A stretch of 64,000 bases of DNA from Catajapyx aquilonaris (lineage: Eukaryota): contig KZ538066.1 in the NCBI GenBank assembly GCA_000934665.2, positions 1 through 64,000 on the forward strand, given 5' to 3'. Position 1 is the first letter of the stretch, and each line of letters starts with the position of its first letter. The notes below the pieces were generated by a model, which was given only the letters and a program-made list of their open reading frames with translations, was not told the DNA's origin and did not search any database. Position numbers and translations under genes: made by a program. This document shows positions 63,001 to 64,000 of the stretch, one piece after another.

Positions 63001-64000
63001 ACATTAGCACATCTGATATATGTGGAAGACATCGCAGCCCCTACTGAAAATAATAAGCCTAGAAGGCTAGAACAAGACAATACTTTCATGCCTTAAAATC
63101 CTCCCAATTTTAGTAAAAACTGAAATTAACGACCGGTTTAACCCACCCAGAACAGGTGTTCCAACTGATCCCTGAAAACGTCACTAATAACAATAATTCC
63201 CCCCCCCCCTCCCACCCTCAAAAAAATGAAATCCTTGGAGCATTTTGAATCACATTAAGTCCCCTCCGCTTTTAATTCGTTCGAAACAAAGCCGTGAAAC
63301 GGTCCTTAATTAATTAGACGAGCAAAATATGATTCCTTCCGGGAGAGGTCTCTCTCGGCGCGTGTTCCCGGGGAAATGATTTGTTAGTCGGCCGGAATAG
63401 CTCCGGCTTAAATCAATTCGTCCTTTCCTTCTGCCTTGACTTGTCCTTTTTTTTGTGCCTGGAGAATAAGTGGGATATATTTTGGTCATTCAATTTCATT
63501 AATGCCAGGGAGGATTAATTAAGACAAAGTGCACCATCTTGACAAACAACATTGGCGCCTTTGCCTGGAAGCAGAGGAAGAAGGGGGGGAAAAAAAAGAT
63601 GGAGGGAGGGGTTGCTTGGAAAGAGTTATTTATCAATGCCGGTGAGCTTAGATGGGGTGGAAATTTTTAGCGCATTTTTTTTTGCGAAAAGAAAGGGGGA
63701 GGGGCTTGTCAGTTGAGTTCTTGAAGAATTTTTCATCGGAATCGAGTTTTTCAATTTATTCGTCTTGGAATAGACTTCCAGTCTCTAAGGAAAGGGGGGC
63801 AGGGGGTTGTTAAAGACCACCGCCATTCGTATAGGAACTACATAATAAATAACCAACAAAACAATAAATAATGAATGAAATAATAGTATCCATAGGCTAA
63901 TATAATGCGGAATAGCTATTAAAATAATTAACATTTAACGCTTATTTACAAATAGATAATTAATTGTAGCAATAAATAATTAATAAAATTGTGCCTGATG

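Overview
This is eukaryotic DNA, most likely from an arthropod or other invertebrate, and not a prokaryotic locus. I found no operons, CRISPR arrays, rRNA genes or intact transposase/RT ORFs. The only well-supported coding content is three spliced minus-strand exons (32696-32590, 18393-18208, 9501-9309). They join in frame into Ig domain 1 and the first half of Ig domain 2 of a Dpr-interacting protein (DIP-alpha/beta-like, lachesin/IgLON-type cell-adhesion molecule). The first of these exons is not recovered by the ORF track. I could not find the signal-peptide exon or the downstream exons in the window. The rest is intron or upstream DNA in which unique, G/C-run-rich blocks alternate with about 25 degenerate minisatellite islands, many built on short palindromic seeds. 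It also holds many small non-autonomous elements: two tRNA-derived SINEs (one with a V-domain-like body) that share a 3' hairpin tail, several TA-flanked Tc1/mariner-type MITEs, a nested MITE carrying (TAACC)n, a probable Helitron, and two tRNA-Lys-complementary (PBS-like) sites. Almost all ORF-track entries are spurious. I see no convincing wholly new biological system; the best leads are repeat and TE architecture and candidate regulatory motif clusters.
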